A stretch of DNA of 64,000 nt, from positions 640,001 through 704,000 of the forward strand of contig CAXXLL010000003.1 in the NCBI GenBank assembly GCA_963662545.2. The letters run 5' to 3'. This DNA is from Gammaproteobacteria bacterium (GTDB lineage Bacteria; Pseudomonadota; Gammaproteobacteria; Ga0077536). Made by a program: the position numbers and the translations under genes. Shown here piece after piece: positions 19,481 to 30,082 of the stretch. How positions within the stretch are numbered: the first letter of the stretch is position 1; each line of letters starts with the position of its first letter. The notes under the pieces are model-generated. The model had not been told where the DNA came from, did not search any database, and worked only from the letters and a program-made list of their open reading frames with translations.

Positions 19481-20576
19481 TTAGAGGCCCTGTTTCAGGC
19501 TGGCTTCGATGAAGGGATCGAGCGCGCCATCGAGCACCGCTTGAGTGTTGCCGGTCTCGACGTTGGTGCGCAGATCCTTGATACGCGACTGATCGAGCAC
19601 GTAGGAACGGATTTGACTACCCCAACCAATATCGGCCTTACTGTCCTCGAGCGCCTGTTGTTTCTCTTTGCGCTTCAACATCTCCTGCTCGTACAGGCGC
19701 GCGCGCAGCAGCTTCATGGCCTGGTCTTTGTTCTTGTGCTGCGAGCGTTCATTTTGGCATTGCACGACGATCCCGCTGGGTTGGTGCGTGAGTCGCACGG
19801 CCGAATCGGTTTTGTTCACGTGCTGACCGCCTGCACCGCTGGCACGGTAGGTGTCGATTCGTAAATCCGAGAGCTTGATGTCGATTTCGATATCGTCGTC
19901 GATCTCGGGCGACACGAATACCGAAGCAAAGGAGGTGTGCCGGCGGTTACTCGAATCGAACGGCGACTTGCGCACGAGGCGGTGCACGCCTGTTTCGGTG
20001 CGCAGCCACCCGAAGGCATACTCACCTTCGAACCGGACGGTGGCGCTTTTGATCCCGGCGACCTCACCGTTGGACACTTCGATCATCTCCGTTTTGAAGC
20101 CGCGATTCTCGCCCCAACGCAGATACATTCTGAGCATCATTTCCGCCCAGTCCTGCGCCTCGGTACCGCCCTGGCCGGCCTGGATGTCGATGAAGGCATT
20201 GGCCGCATCCATCTCGCCCGAGAACATGCGCCGAAACTCCAGATCCGCGAGTTGAAGAACCGCTTGATCGAGATCGCTTTCGACCGCCGCCGCCATTTCG
20301 CTGTCGTCTTCGGCTTTGGCGAGTTCGAGTAATTCCCCGGCGTCCTTGACGGTCGACGCCAGGTCTCTCAATGTGTGAATAACCCGTTCCAGTGACGCGC
20401 GTTCGCGGCCGAGGGCCTGGGCACGCTCGGCGTCGTCCCACACGTTGGGGGCCTGGAGTTCCCGTTCGACTTCCTGCAAGCGCTCTTCTTTCGATGCATA
20501 GTCAAAGATACCCCCGTAACGCGTCGATGCGCTGGTGCAAATCCTTGATCATGGTGAAAGCTGCGTTGAGTTCCAT
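19481..20576 (-). CDS. prfB: Peptide chain release factor 2, with programmed +1 frameshift
   Basis: 24-codon first frame from ATG 20576 ends CGG GGG TAT CTT TGA C; SPF and GGQ motifs are in the second frame. Confidence 0.97.
20501..20516 (-). other. prfB programmed frameshift site
   Basis: CGGGGG-TAT-CTT-TGA-C: internal SD-like run plus the shift site. Confidence 0.95.
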
Positions 20577-20598
20577 GGAAGTAAATGGGCCAATAGCA

Positions 20599-20643
20599 TC
20601 AGAGTCAATTACTCTGACCCCCTATTAAAATGACTCTGACGCC
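20599..20643. repeat. ACTCTGAC-type short palindromic repeats
   Basis: TCAGAGT-caatt-ACTCTGA(CCCC) followed by TGACTCTGACGCC. Confidence 0.5.
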
Positions 20644-20648
20644 GTAAT

Positions 20649-22385
20649 TCAAATCCTCTCCGCGTAATCGATCACGAGTTGCAGCGTTTCGAGACCGCGA
20701 TAATCATTCACGTCGAGCTTGTACACCGCACGTATCGTTTCGCCTTCGCTAAACCACGATTCCCCCGCTGCCCCGAATGCAATCGCCGCGATCGTCTCTC
20801 CACCGACGGCCGGGCTTAGAACCAGACGCGCGTGACTGCCACCGACGACGCGGCGATCATCGATGCGAAATTCACCGTCGAAACGGGGTTCTGGGAAACT
20901 CTGCCCCCAGGGCGTGACCCGCGCGAGTTCGCGCGCGAGTGCCAGCGAGAATTCGCCGCTTTCTAATTCGCCGTCGGTAGCGATCACGCGGTCGAGCGCA
21001 TCGGCTTCCAAGCGTGATTCGGCTTCATTGACGAACGCGTTTTTGAAAGATTCGAATGCAACGCGTTCGAGAGACAGGCCGGCCGCCATCGCATGGCCAC
21101 CGAAACGCGACAGCAGATCCGGGTTCGCAGTCGCGACCGCGTCCAGGGTATCCCGAATATGCAGGCCCGCTATCGAGCGCGCCGAACCCTTTATAGTCCC
21201 CTGCTCGGCCGGCGCGAACGCGATCGCCGGGCGGTGAAAACGGTCTTTGATGCGCGACGCGACGATACCGACCACGCCTTGGTGCCAGTCGTCCTGGAAT
21301 ACACAGAATGCCGCGGGCAGACTCGTGCCGACGCTGGCCAGAAGGTTCTTCTCGATCTCGGTAAACGCCTGATCCCGCATCGTGTCTTCGACTTCGCGCC
21401 GCTCGCGGTTGAGCCGATCGAGATCGTCGGCGATGGCTGCGCAACGGTCGGGATCGTCGCTCAGGAGACATTCGATACCGACGGACATGTCGGCCATGCG
21501 ACCGGCCGCATTCAGGCGCGGCCCCAGCGCGAATGCGAGGTCGCTCGCCGTGATCCGCGAACGCGTCCGACCGGATGCATCGATCAGTGCTGCGATACCC
21601 GGCTGGCAGCGTCCGGCGCGAATACGGGCAAGTCCCTGCGCGACCAGGCGGCGGTTGTTGTGATCCAGGGCCACGACATCGGCGACTGTTCCGAGCGCGA
21701 CCAGATCGAGCAAATTCGCCAGCTTAGGCTCGGCTATGCCGCGTGCGTCGAACCAGCCCGCACGTCTCAGGCGTGCGCGCAATGCCGACATGACATAGAA
21801 GATCACGCCGACGCCGGCCAGGGCTTTGCTCGCGAACGCGTCCCCCGGCAGGTTGGGATTGACGATGGCGTCGGCCGCGGGAAGTACTCTACCCGGCAGA
21901 TGATGGTCGGTGATCACGACCTGTATGCCGCTCTGTTTCGCGCGCTCGACACCTGCCACGCTCGACATGCCATTGTCGACAGTGATGATCAACGCAGGAT
22001 TTGCTGATTCCGCGAGTTCGACGATCTCTGGCGTCAGGCCGTAACCGTATTCGAAACGGTTGGGGACGAGATACGTGCAATTGCTGGCGCCCATCGCCTT
22101 GAGCGCGCGTAATGCCAACGCCGTGCTGGTCGCACCGTCGGCATCAAAGTCACCGATGACCATGATGAGCTCGCCCGCGGCCATTACCGAGTGAATCAAC
22201 TTTACCGCAGTGTCGATACCGCTGAGCGTATCGGCCTGGATCATGCCCTTGAGTGACGTCTCCAGCAGGCGCCCGTCGGTCACGCCTCGCGCAGCGAGCA
22301 CACGCCGCGTCACGGCGTGCAGATCATCTGGCAGCGCACTGCCATCGTCGTATTCTCGCGCGACGATTCGGGGCGTTTGTATCAC
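20649..22385 (-). CDS. recJ: ssDNA-specific exonuclease RecJ
   Basis: GDFDADGATS, TVDNG, TDHH, GSARS, GGHAMAAG; GTGA overlap with the upstream gene. Confidence 0.97.
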   Translation of the reverse strand: MIQTPRIVAREYDDGSALPDDLHAVTRRVLAARGVTDGRLLETSLKGMIQADTLSGIDTAVKLIHSVMAAGELIMVIGDFDADGATSTALALRALKAMGASNCTYLVPNRFEYGYGLTPEIVELAESANPALIITVDNGMSSVAGVERAKQSGIQVVITDHHLPGRVLPAADAIVNPNLPGDAFASKALAGVGVIFYVMSALRARLRRAGWFDARGIAEPKLANLLDLVALGTVADVVALDHNNRRLVAQGLARIRAGRCQPGIAALIDASGRTRSRITASDLAFALGPRLNAAGRMADMSVGIECLLSDDPDRCAAIADDLDRLNRERREVEDTMRDQAFTEIEKNLLASVGTSLPAAFCVFQDDWHQGVVGIVASRIKDRFHRPAIAFAPAEQGTIKGSARSIAGLHIRDTLDAVATANPDLLSRFGGHAMAAGLSLERVAFESFKNAFVNEAESRLEADALDRVIATDGELESGEFSLALARELARVTPWGQSFPEPRFDGEFRIDDRRVVGGSHARLVLSPAVGGETIAAIAFGAAGESWFSEGETIRAVYKLDVNDYRGLETLQLVIDYAERI

Positions 22386-23401
22386 GGTGCACCACCGGCT
22401 ACGGTTTCGATGCCATCCTGCAGGATGGCATCGAGGCTGCGGAACCGGCGCCAGAATCGCCACGGCGTTCGGCGCGTGAGAAAAAACGTATCAGACCGGG
22501 TGCGGATGCGAACCGCGTCGACGCGGCGCGCGGCTAGCGCCGCGAGGGCCGGTTGGAACGCCTCCCGCAGAAAAGCGTCGAGCCCCGAAGTTTCAGTGTC
22601 CAATTCACACACGATTGAAAGCGCACCGCTGTCGAACGCATCCGCGCGTGCCAGATCGAGAATCCGATGGTATTCGACACCGCAATAACGCGCGCAGGCC
22701 GCGACCAGTTCGTCACCGACGACGGACCGCGTACGCGGGGCCGTTCGCTCCGGAGGCTTTCCCAGACCCCAGAACCAGAGGCTGTTGATCGGCCGCTTGC
22801 CGGCGGCTTCTCTTGCGATATTGACGTCGGCCTCATGAAACACCATTTGCGCTTCGGTCATCACGCGATTAAAACGCCCGATACGCCTGACGTCGTCCAG
22901 CTGCGGTTCGATCGCCTGGCCGCGCAGCGATCGCGTCGAGCAGGTCCGGGTTTCGGTAATGCCCGTCGCATTGACGTACCAGCGGGTCGCGGACCGCCCG
23001 CGCTTGAACTGCAAGCCATCACTCTCGAACGCGCGGTTCAGCAATGCGATCAAGGTGTCCGCCTCCGTGCCATTCAGATCGATGGTCTCGGCATCGAACA
23101 GGATGAGGCGCGTGGGATCCGGTCGCAGAAACACCGGATCCGCGCGCAACAGATCCACGGGTACCTCATCCAGATCGAAATCGTAGGCGGCCGTGACGCC
23201 GGCGAGCGCGGGCGCACCCCCCGTAGGTGCGTTCATACCGAACAACCTCAGCACCGCTGCTTCAAAATCGAGCCCGTCGCCCGCGATCCGATCGGCCGTC
23301 AGCAGGCTGCTCGCCATGTTGAGTGCCGAGGTGTCACCGAAAGCACCGGTCCGGCGGATCGCGTCGAGCAGCTTGGGCGCCAGGATCTCGATCGAAGCCA
23401 C
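22382..23401 (-). CDS. Conserved hypothetical protein, phosphoglycerate-mutase-like
   Basis: LRADPVFL, EAQMVFH, INSLWFWG; positioned before recJ; start is inferred. Confidence 0.65.
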   Translation of the reverse strand: MASIEILAPKLLDAIRRTGAFGDTSALNMASSLLTADRIAGDGLDFEAAVLRLFGMNAPTGGAPALAGVTAAYDFDLDEVPVDLLRADPVFLRPDPTRLILFDAETIDLNGTEADTLIALLNRAFESDGLQFKRGRSATRWYVNATGITETRTCSTRSLRGQAIEPQLDDVRRIGRFNRVMTEAQMVFHEADVNIAREAAGKRPINSLWFWGLGKPPERTAPRTRSVVGDELVAACARYCGVEYHRILDLARADAFDSGALSIVCELDTETSGLDAFLREAFQPALAALAARRVDAVRIRTRSDTFFLTRRTPWRFWRRFRSLDAILQDGIETVAGGAP

Positions 23402-23432
23402 GCGCGACTGCTCTGCTAGCCCACAATAAGCT

Positions 23433-24566
23433 TCAAAGATTGTCGAGAATGGCGCGCTTGACCGCTTCGCTCTCGGCGGGAATTTCAATGACGCTGCCGG
23501 CACTCTGGCGAATGGCCGTGTCGGGATCCTTGAGCCCGTGCCCCGTCAAGGTGCAGGTGACGAGGCTGCCTTCGGGAATCTTGCCGTTCACGATATCCCG
23601 TAACGCCCCCCCTAAGGAAATCGCCGACGCCGGTTCACAGAATATCCCTTCGCGTTCCGCCAGCAGGCGCTGGGTCTCGAGGATCTCATCGTCGGTCAAT
23701 CGATCGAACCAGCCTCCCGATTCACGGCTCGCGGCCCAGGCCAATTCCCAGGACTGCGGTCGCCCGATGCGGATCGCGGTGGCGACGGTATCCGGGTCGT
23801 CGATCATGTCGCCGACAATGAAGGGCGCCGCCCCCGCAGCCTGGTAACCAAGCATCACCGGGCGCGTGTTGGTCACAGCTTCGCTCTCGAACGCGCACGC
23901 CTCCTCGCAGTAGGCGCATGCGGCCGTCGCGGGTTTGACCCCGGCGTACTCGCTGAATCCGGTCCAATAGGCGCTGATATTTCCGGCGTTTCCAACCGGA
24001 ATGCAATGGTAGTCCGGTGCACGGCCGAGCGCGTCGACGATTTCGAAGGCTGCTGTTTTCTGTCCTTGCAGGCGGTAGGGATTGATCGAGTTGACGATCG
24101 TGACCGGCGCCACCTCGGCCATCTCCTTGACGATGCGCATGCCGTCGTCAAAGTTGCCCTGGATCTGGATCACCACCGCGCCTTCTATCATCGCCTGCGC
24201 AAGTTTACCCAGCGCGATGTTACCGCCTGGAATCAGGACGAAAGCACGGATACCGGCGCGCGCGGCATAGGCCGCGGCGGACGCCGAGGTATTCCCGGTC
24301 GATGCACAGATGATCGCTTTGGCGCCTTCGCTCACGGCCTGCGTCACGGCGACAGTCATGCCGCGATCCTTGAACGAACCGGTCGGGTTGAGACCCTCGA
24401 ACTTGGCGTAAATTTCAACCTCGCGCCCGATTTCCGGCGGAATGTTTTCCAGCGCGATGAGTGGGGTATTGCCTTCGCACAAACTGATGACGCGGGCTCC
24501 GGCGGCGAGCGGCAGACGATCCCGGTATCGATCGATGAGCCCCGTATAACGCACGGGTGAATTCAA
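23433..24566 (-). CDS. thrC: Threonine synthase
   Basis: NPTGSFKDRG, ASTGNTS, PVGNAGN, TGHGLKDP. Confidence 0.95.
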   Translation of the reverse strand: MNSPVRYTGLIDRYRDRLPLAAGARVISLCEGNTPLIALENIPPEIGREVEIYAKFEGLNPTGSFKDRGMTVAVTQAVSEGAKAIICASTGNTSASAAAYAARAGIRAFVLIPGGNIALGKLAQAMIEGAVVIQIQGNFDDGMRIVKEMAEVAPVTIVNSINPYRLQGQKTAAFEIVDALGRAPDYHCIPVGNAGNISAYWTGFSEYAGVKPATAACAYCEEACAFESEAVTNTRPVMLGYQAAGAAPFIVGDMIDDPDTVATAIRIGRPQSWELAWAASRESGGWFDRLTDDEILETQRLLAEREGIFCEPASAISLGGALRDIVNGKIPEGSLVTCTLTGHGLKDPDTAIRQSAGSVIEIPAESEAVKRAILDNL

Positions 24567-25882
24567 GCAAAACTCTCCATACGGATCCGCGTGATCGCGC
24601 CTTCGATATCCGGCAGTTCAGCAATACCTTCACGCGCCTGATCAATGGACGCTTCGACGACTCGATGGGTGAGGATCACAATCGGTACCGTTGCTTCGCC
24701 AGCATTTGGCTCCTGCTGCACAATGGCTTCGATGCTAATGCGAAGTTCGCCGAGTATTCGCGTGATGTCGGCCAGCACGCCGGGCTGGTCGACCGCACGC
24801 ATGCGCAGGTAATAGGCGCTCTCGACTTCCGACATCGGCAAAATGGGGGTCTCCGTCAGCGCGTCGGGCTGAAACGCGAGATGCGGTACCCGGTTTTCCG
24901 GATCGGCCGTCAAGGCCCGCACCACGTCCACCAGATCCGCAATGACCGAGGAGGCCGTCGGCTCCGCGCCTGCGCCGGCGCCGGACAGCATCATCGGACC
25001 CACGGCGTCGCCACGGATCATCACCGCGTTCATCACGTCGTTGACGTTTGCCAGCATATGCCGATCTGAAATGAGCGTCGGATGCACGCGCAATTCGATG
25101 CCGTTAGCGGTGTTCGCGGCGATGGCCAGGTGCTTGATGCGGTACCCCAAGGCTTCGGCGTAGCGCACGTCTTCTAGCGCAATGTCGCGGATCCCCTCGA
25201 CATACACATCATCGAAGCGCAGCGGAATTCCGAATGCGATCGCGGCGAGGATCGTGAGCTTGTGCGCGGCATCAATGCCGTCGATATCGAAAGAGGGATC
25301 GGCTTCCGCATAACCTAAGGCCTGCGCCTCGCTCAGAACCTCGTCGAAACCGCAACTGCGCTCGCTCATTGCGGTCAACATGTAGTTACAGGTGCCGTTG
25401 ATGATCCCCGCCAGCCATTCGATGGCGTTGCCCGCAAGCGCTTCGCGCACGGTCTTGATGACCGGAATCCCGCCGGCCACCGCGGCTTCGAAGGCGACCA
25501 TCAGTCCCTTGCTCTGGGCGCGCGCGAACACTTCGTTACCATGCAGTGCGATCAGTGCCTTGTTGGCCGTGACGACATGTTTACCGTTATCGAGCGCGCG
25601 CAGCACAAGTTCGCAGGCAGGATCGGTGCCGCCGATCAGTTCCACGATGATCTCGATAGACGGATCCTCGACTACGGCGAACGGATCATCGGTCAGATCG
25701 ATACCGCTTGTATCGGCGGCGCGGGATTTGGTCAGATCCCTCGCGCTCGCGCGAACCACCTCGATGTTGCGTCCGGCGCGTCGCGCTATCTCACTGCCAT
25801 TGCGTTGGAGCACGTTGAGCGTGCCGCAGCCTACGGTACCGAGGCCGAGCACACCGATTCTGACTGGGGGTAAAGTCGCCAT
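24563..25882 (-). CDS. hom: Homoserine dehydrogenase
   Basis: GLGTVG, VTANKA, EAAVAGGIP, GYAEADP, C-terminal ACT domain. Confidence 0.97.
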   Translation of the reverse strand: MATLPPVRIGVLGLGTVGCGTLNVLQRNGSEIARRAGRNIEVVRASARDLTKSRAADTSGIDLTDDPFAVVEDPSIEIIVELIGGTDPACELVLRALDNGKHVVTANKALIALHGNEVFARAQSKGLMVAFEAAVAGGIPVIKTVREALAGNAIEWLAGIINGTCNYMLTAMSERSCGFDEVLSEAQALGYAEADPSFDIDGIDAAHKLTILAAIAFGIPLRFDDVYVEGIRDIALEDVRYAEALGYRIKHLAIAANTANGIELRVHPTLISDRHMLANVNDVMNAVMIRGDAVGPMMLSGAGAGAEPTASSVIADLVDVVRALTADPENRVPHLAFQPDALTETPILPMSEVESAYYLRMRAVDQPGVLADITRILGELRISIEAIVQQEPNAGEATVPIVILTHRVVEASIDQAREGIAELPDIEGAITRIRMESFA

Positions 25883-25934
25883 TCGGTTTAGTGTGCTGTC
25901 GGTTAAGCTTCTTCAGTTATTCGCGCCATGAATA

Positions 25935-27119
25935 TCAGGCGTCGTCGCAGCGCATTATTTCCCTGATCCCGCGTACCGCCTGTCGCGTCCGATGGGTATT
26001 TTCGATCAGTGCGAAGCGGAGGTACATGTCGCCGTATTCACCGAAGCCGATACCGGGTGAAGCCACCACCTTGGCCTCGGCCAGCAGTTTCTTGGAAAAC
26101 TCGAGCGACCCCAGATGCTGCCAATGTGCGGGGATCCGCGCCCACACAAACATCGTCCCGCGCGGTTTTTCGACCGGCCAGCCCACGGCTATCATACCGT
26201 CGCACAGGACGTCGCGGCGCATCTGGTACATATCCCGGATGTCCGAAACGCATTTCTGTGGACCCTCGAGCGCACTGATCGCCGCGACCTGAATTGGGGT
26301 GAAGGTGCCGTAATCGAGGTATGACTTGATGCGCGCCAGGGCATTCACCAACTTGGCGTTGCCCACCATGAAACCGACCCGCCATCCGGGCATGTTGTAA
26401 CTTTTGGACAGCGAAAAAAATTCCACACAGTGTTCCCGAGCGCCTTCGACCTGCATTATCGAGGGCGCCTTATAGCCGTCGAAAACGAGATCGGCATAAG
26501 CCAGGTCGTGCACCACGTAGATTTCATGTTCGCGGGCAATGCTGACGACCTGCTCGAAGAAATCGAGTTCCACGCATTGCGCGGTCGGATTACTCGGAAA
26601 ATTGAGCAGCAGCATTTTCGGTCGCGGCCAGGAATTGCGGATCGCATTGTTCAGTTCCTGAAAAAAGTCGATGTCAGGGCCGATCGGCACGTGCCGTATG
26701 TCCGCGCCGGCAATGACGAATCCATAAGGATGGATCGGATAAGCGGGGTTCGGCACCAGCACGGCATCGCCACGATCGACCGTCGCCATCGCGAGATGCG
26801 CCAGTCCTTCCTTCGAGCCGATGGTGACGATGGCTTCGGTATCGGCATCGAACTCGACGTTGTAACGCGTGCGATACCAGTTACAAATCGCGCGCCTCAG
26901 CCGCGGTATCCCGCGCGACACCGAATAGCGGTGGGTATCTTCGCGGCGGGCGACTTCGCAGAGCTTATCGACGATATGGCGGGGCGTCGGTTGATCAGGG
27001 TTGCCCATGCCGAAATCGATGATGTCCTCGCCGCGCCGGCGCGCGGCCATCTTGAGCTCGTTGACCTCGTTGAAGACGTAAGGCGGCAGGCGATCGATAC
27101 GGGAGAATCCGGTGTTCAC
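25935..27119 (-). CDS. alaC: Alanine transaminase AlaC (class I/II aminotransferase)
   Basis: [32 protein letters not shown]; upstream of hom. Confidence 0.9.
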   Translation of the reverse strand: MNTGFSRIDRLPPYVFNEVNELKMAARRRGEDIIDFGMGNPDQPTPRHIVDKLCEVARREDTHRYSVSRGIPRLRRAICNWYRTRYNVEFDADTEAIVTIGSKEGLAHLAMATVDRGDAVLVPNPAYPIHPYGFVIAGADIRHVPIGPDIDFFQELNNAIRNSWPRPKMLLLNFPSNPTAQCVELDFFEQVVSIAREHEIYVVHDLAYADLVFDGYKAPSIMQVEGAREHCVEFFSLSKSYNMPGWRVGFMVGNAKLVNALARIKSYLDYGTFTPIQVAAISALEGPQKCVSDIRDMYQMRRDVLCDGMIAVGWPVEKPRGTMFVWARIPAHWQHLGSLEFSKKLLAEAKVVASPGIGFGEYGDMYLRFALIENTHRTRQAVRGIREIMRCDDA

Positions 27120-27156
27120 GGCAGCATTATGGCGTACAAAAGGCGATAATAAGTCC

Positions 27157-28602
27157 ATGGTCGACAATCTCGAACACGCGCAGTCGAAATTGCTGACGCC
27201 CGTTGGCGTAGGGCTGACTGATCTCGAATCGGTACTGAGCGATCTCTGCGGCCGGCAGGTCGACCTCGCGGATCTCTTCCTGGAAGTAAGCCGGCGGGAA
27301 GTCTGGAGTCTCGAAGACGGCATCGTCAAGGAAGGCGTACACAGCATTCACTACGGCGCGGGCGTGCGCGCGGTCAGCGGGGAGCAGACGGGGTTTGCCT
27401 ATTCGGATGATCTGAGCTTGCCCGCGCTCGCGGAGGCCGCCCGAACGGCCCGCGCGATCACCCGTCAGGGCCAGTCGCGGGCAATCCGAATCGCACCCCT
27501 CACCAACGACCTGCCCGCTTTGTACGCGGCCGACGATCCCCTCGCCGGGACGCCGACCGAGGACAAAATCGCCCTTCTGCGTGAGCTCGACGCCCGCCTA
27601 AGAGCCGCCGACGGGCGTGTAAGAGAAGTGATGGTGGGCTTGAGCGCTCAGCACACCGCTATTTTAGTCGCGACTTCCGACGGCACTATTGCGGGCGACG
27701 TCCGGCCGCTAGTGCGGCTCAATGTAAGCGTCATCGTCGAGCAGAACGGACGGCGTGAAACCGCCACCTATGGCGGCGGCGGCCGCACGGGTTACCAGTC
27801 CCTGTTCGAAGGTGGGCGTCCGTCGGAGATCGCCGACGAGGCACTGCGCCAGGCACTGATCGGCCTCGAAGCGATCGACGCGCCCGCAGGCGAGATGACT
27901 GTCGTTCTCGGGCCGGGCTGGCCCGGTATCCTGTTGCATGAAGCCATCGGTCACGGCCTGGAGGGTGATTTCAACCGCAAGGGCACGTCCGCGTTTTCGG
28001 GCCGGATCGGCGAACGCGTAGCATCGAAGGAATGTACCGTAGTCGACGACGCAACGCTTAAAGACCGGCGCGGTTCGCTCAACGTCGACGACGAAGGCAT
28101 TCCCGGCGAGTGCACGACCCTGATCGAGAACGGACGACTGCGCACCTACATGCAGGATCGCCATAACGCCAAGCTCATGGGTGTCCAACCGACCGGCAAC
28201 GGCCGCAGGCAATCCTATGCTCACCGCCCGATGCCGCGCATGACCAATACCTACATGCTGCCCGGCCCGCACGATCCCCAAGCGATCATCGAAAGCGTGA
28301 AGCGCGGTTTGTACGCCGTCAGCTTCGCGGGCGGCCAGGTCGACATCACCAACGGCAAGTTCGTGTTCAGCGCCAGCGAAGCCTACCTGATTGAGGACGG
28401 CCGCGTAACGGCGCCAGTCAAGGGCGCGACCTTGATCGGCAATGGCCCCGACGTGCTAATGCGCGTTTCGATGGTGGGCGAGGATCTCGCCCTCGACAAC
28501 GGCATCGGCACCTGCGGCAAGGACGGTCAGCAAGTTCCGGTCGGCGTCGGTCAGCCGACCCTGCGCATTGACGAATTGACGGTCGGCGGTACCCAGACCT
28601 AA
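27157..28602 (+). CDS. tldD: Metalloprotease TldD
   Basis: [32 protein letters not shown]. Confidence 0.96.
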   Translation: MVDNLEHAQSKLLTPVGVGLTDLESVLSDLCGRQVDLADLFLEVSRREVWSLEDGIVKEGVHSIHYGAGVRAVSGEQTGFAYSDDLSLPALAEAARTARAITRQGQSRAIRIAPLTNDLPALYAADDPLAGTPTEDKIALLRELDARLRAADGRVREVMVGLSAQHTAILVATSDGTIAGDVRPLVRLNVSVIVEQNGRRETATYGGGGRTGYQSLFEGGRPSEIADEALRQALIGLEAIDAPAGEMTVVLGPGWPGILLHEAIGHGLEGDFNRKGTSAFSGRIGERVASKECTVVDDATLKDRRGSLNVDDEGIPGECTTLIENGRLRTYMQDRHNAKLMGVQPTGNGRRQSYAHRPMPRMTNTYMLPGPHDPQAIIESVKRGLYAVSFAGGQVDITNGKFVFSASEAYLIEDGRVTAPVKGATLIGNGPDVLMRVSMVGEDLALDNGIGTCGKDGQQVPVGVGQPTLRIDELTVGGTQT

Positions 28603-28608
28603 GCGAGA

Positions 28609-28632
28609 GATTCGCGCGCTGGCACGCGAATC
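28609..28632. terminator. Hairpin between convergent tldD and glcD
   Basis: GATTCGCG...CGCGAATC stem; no clear U tract. Confidence 0.35.
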
Positions 28633-28636
28633 AATG

Positions 28637-30082
28637 CTAAAACCGCTCGAGCTCGGGATGTGGTAACTGCCCGCCCTTGACGTGCATGGCGCCGAATTCA
28701 GCGCACCGGTTGAGGGTCGGCACGGCCTTGCCGGGATTCAGCATCAAATTCGCATCAAACGCGCTTTTGATCGCGTGAAACTGCGCGAGTTCGTGGTCGT
28801 CGAATTGCAGACACATCTCGTCGAGTTTCTCGACGCCGACGCCGTGCTCACCGGTGACCGTGCCGCCGACTTCCACGCAGAGTTGGAGTATGCGGCTGCC
28901 GATCTTCTCCGCGCGCTGCAGTTGGTCGTCGTCGTTGGAATCGTAGGCGATCAGGGGATGGAGGTTGCCGTCACCGGCATGAAAGACGTTGGCCACCGGC
29001 AGATCGAATTCGAGCGAGAGCTCATGTATGCGCTCCAGCACTCGTGCGAGGTGCTTGCGCGGAATCGTGCCGTCCATGCAGTAGTAATCCGGCGCGATGC
29101 GCCCGATCGCGGGAAACGCGGCCTTGCGGCCCTCCCAGAATTTGAGCCGCTCGGCTTCGTCGCGCGAGACGCGGATCTCTTGCGCGCCTGAGCCCTGCAA
29201 CAGCGCAGTCACGGTCTCAACCTGCGCGGCGACGTCCGCGCCGTTGCCATCGACCTCACATAGCAGGATCGCGGCGGCGTCCCGCGGATAGCCGGCGCCG
29301 CAATACGCTTCGGCGACCTCGATGGCCAACGCGTCCATCATTTCCAAGCCGGCGGGGACGATCCCCGCAGCGATGATGTCCGCCACGCCATCGCTCGCGG
29401 CCTGCACCGAATCGAACGACGCGAGCACGACGCGGGCGAGTTCAGGTTTCGGCAGCAACTTGACGGTGATCTCCGTGATGATGCCGAGCATGCCCTCGGA
29501 ACCATGCATTAAGGCGAGTACGTCGAGCCCCGGCACATCGAGCGCACGCGCGCCGAGCGTTAGCCAATCGCCCGCGGCAGTGAGAACTTTGAGCTCGAGT
29601 ACGTTGTGCACCGTCAGGCCATATTTAAGACAGTGCACACCGCCGGAATTCTCGGCGACGTTGCCTCCGATCGAGCAGGCGATCTGTGAAGAGGGATCGG
29701 GCGCATAGTAAAGGCCAAACGGCGCGGCAGCTTCGCTGATCGCAATATTGCGCACCCCCGCTTCGACAGTCGCCGTGCGATTATCGGGATCGATCTCGAG
29801 AATGCGGGTGAACCGCGCGAGGCTCAAAAGACAGCCTTCGGCAAGCGGCAGGGCGCCCCCCGAGAGACCCGTGCCGGCGCCTCGCGTAACCAACGGCACC
29901 TTGTGCTCAGCGCAGAGCGAAACGATGAGCTCGAGCTGCCGCTTGGTCTCCGGGACAACGACGACGCGCGGCACTTGACGGTAGGCCGAAAGACCGTCGC
30001 ATTCGTAAGGGCGCGTGGCCTCGCGCGTGGTCAATACCGCGTCGGGCGGCAGGATTTCGGCAAGTGCGGATTCCAATATCAT
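28637..30082 (-). CDS. glcD: Glycolate oxidase subunit GlcD (FAD-linked oxidase)
   Basis: YECDGL, RGAGTGLSGG, PDPSSQIAC, HAGDGNLHP, GEHGVG. Confidence 0.9.
   Translation of the reverse strand: MILESALAEILPPDAVLTTREATRPYECDGLSAYRQVPRVVVVPETKRQLELIVSLCAEHKVPLVTRGAGTGLSGGALPLAEGCLLSLARFTRILEIDPDNRTATVEAGVRNIAISEAAAPFGLYYAPDPSSQIACSIGGNVAENSGGVHCLKYGLTVHNVLELKVLTAAGDWLTLGARALDVPGLDVLALMHGSEGMLGIITEITVKLLPKPELARVVLASFDSVQAASDGVADIIAAGIVPAGLEMMDALAIEVAEAYCGAGYPRDAAAILLCEVDGNGADVAAQVETVTALLQGSGAQEIRVSRDEAERLKFWEGRKAAFPAIGRIAPDYYCMDGTIPRKHLARVLERIHELSLEFDLPVANVFHAGDGNLHPLIAYDSNDDDQLQRAEKIGSRILQLCVEVGGTVTGEHGVGVEKLDEMCLQFDDHELAQFHAIKSAFDANLMLNPGKAVPTLNRCAEFGAMHVKGGQLPHPELERF

Noticed and set aside
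25935-27347. Long N-terminal extensions in the ORF track (alaC, recJ, rph, yicC, spermidine synthase-like)
   Set aside because: They overlap neighbouring genes; family similarity begins at downstream starts.
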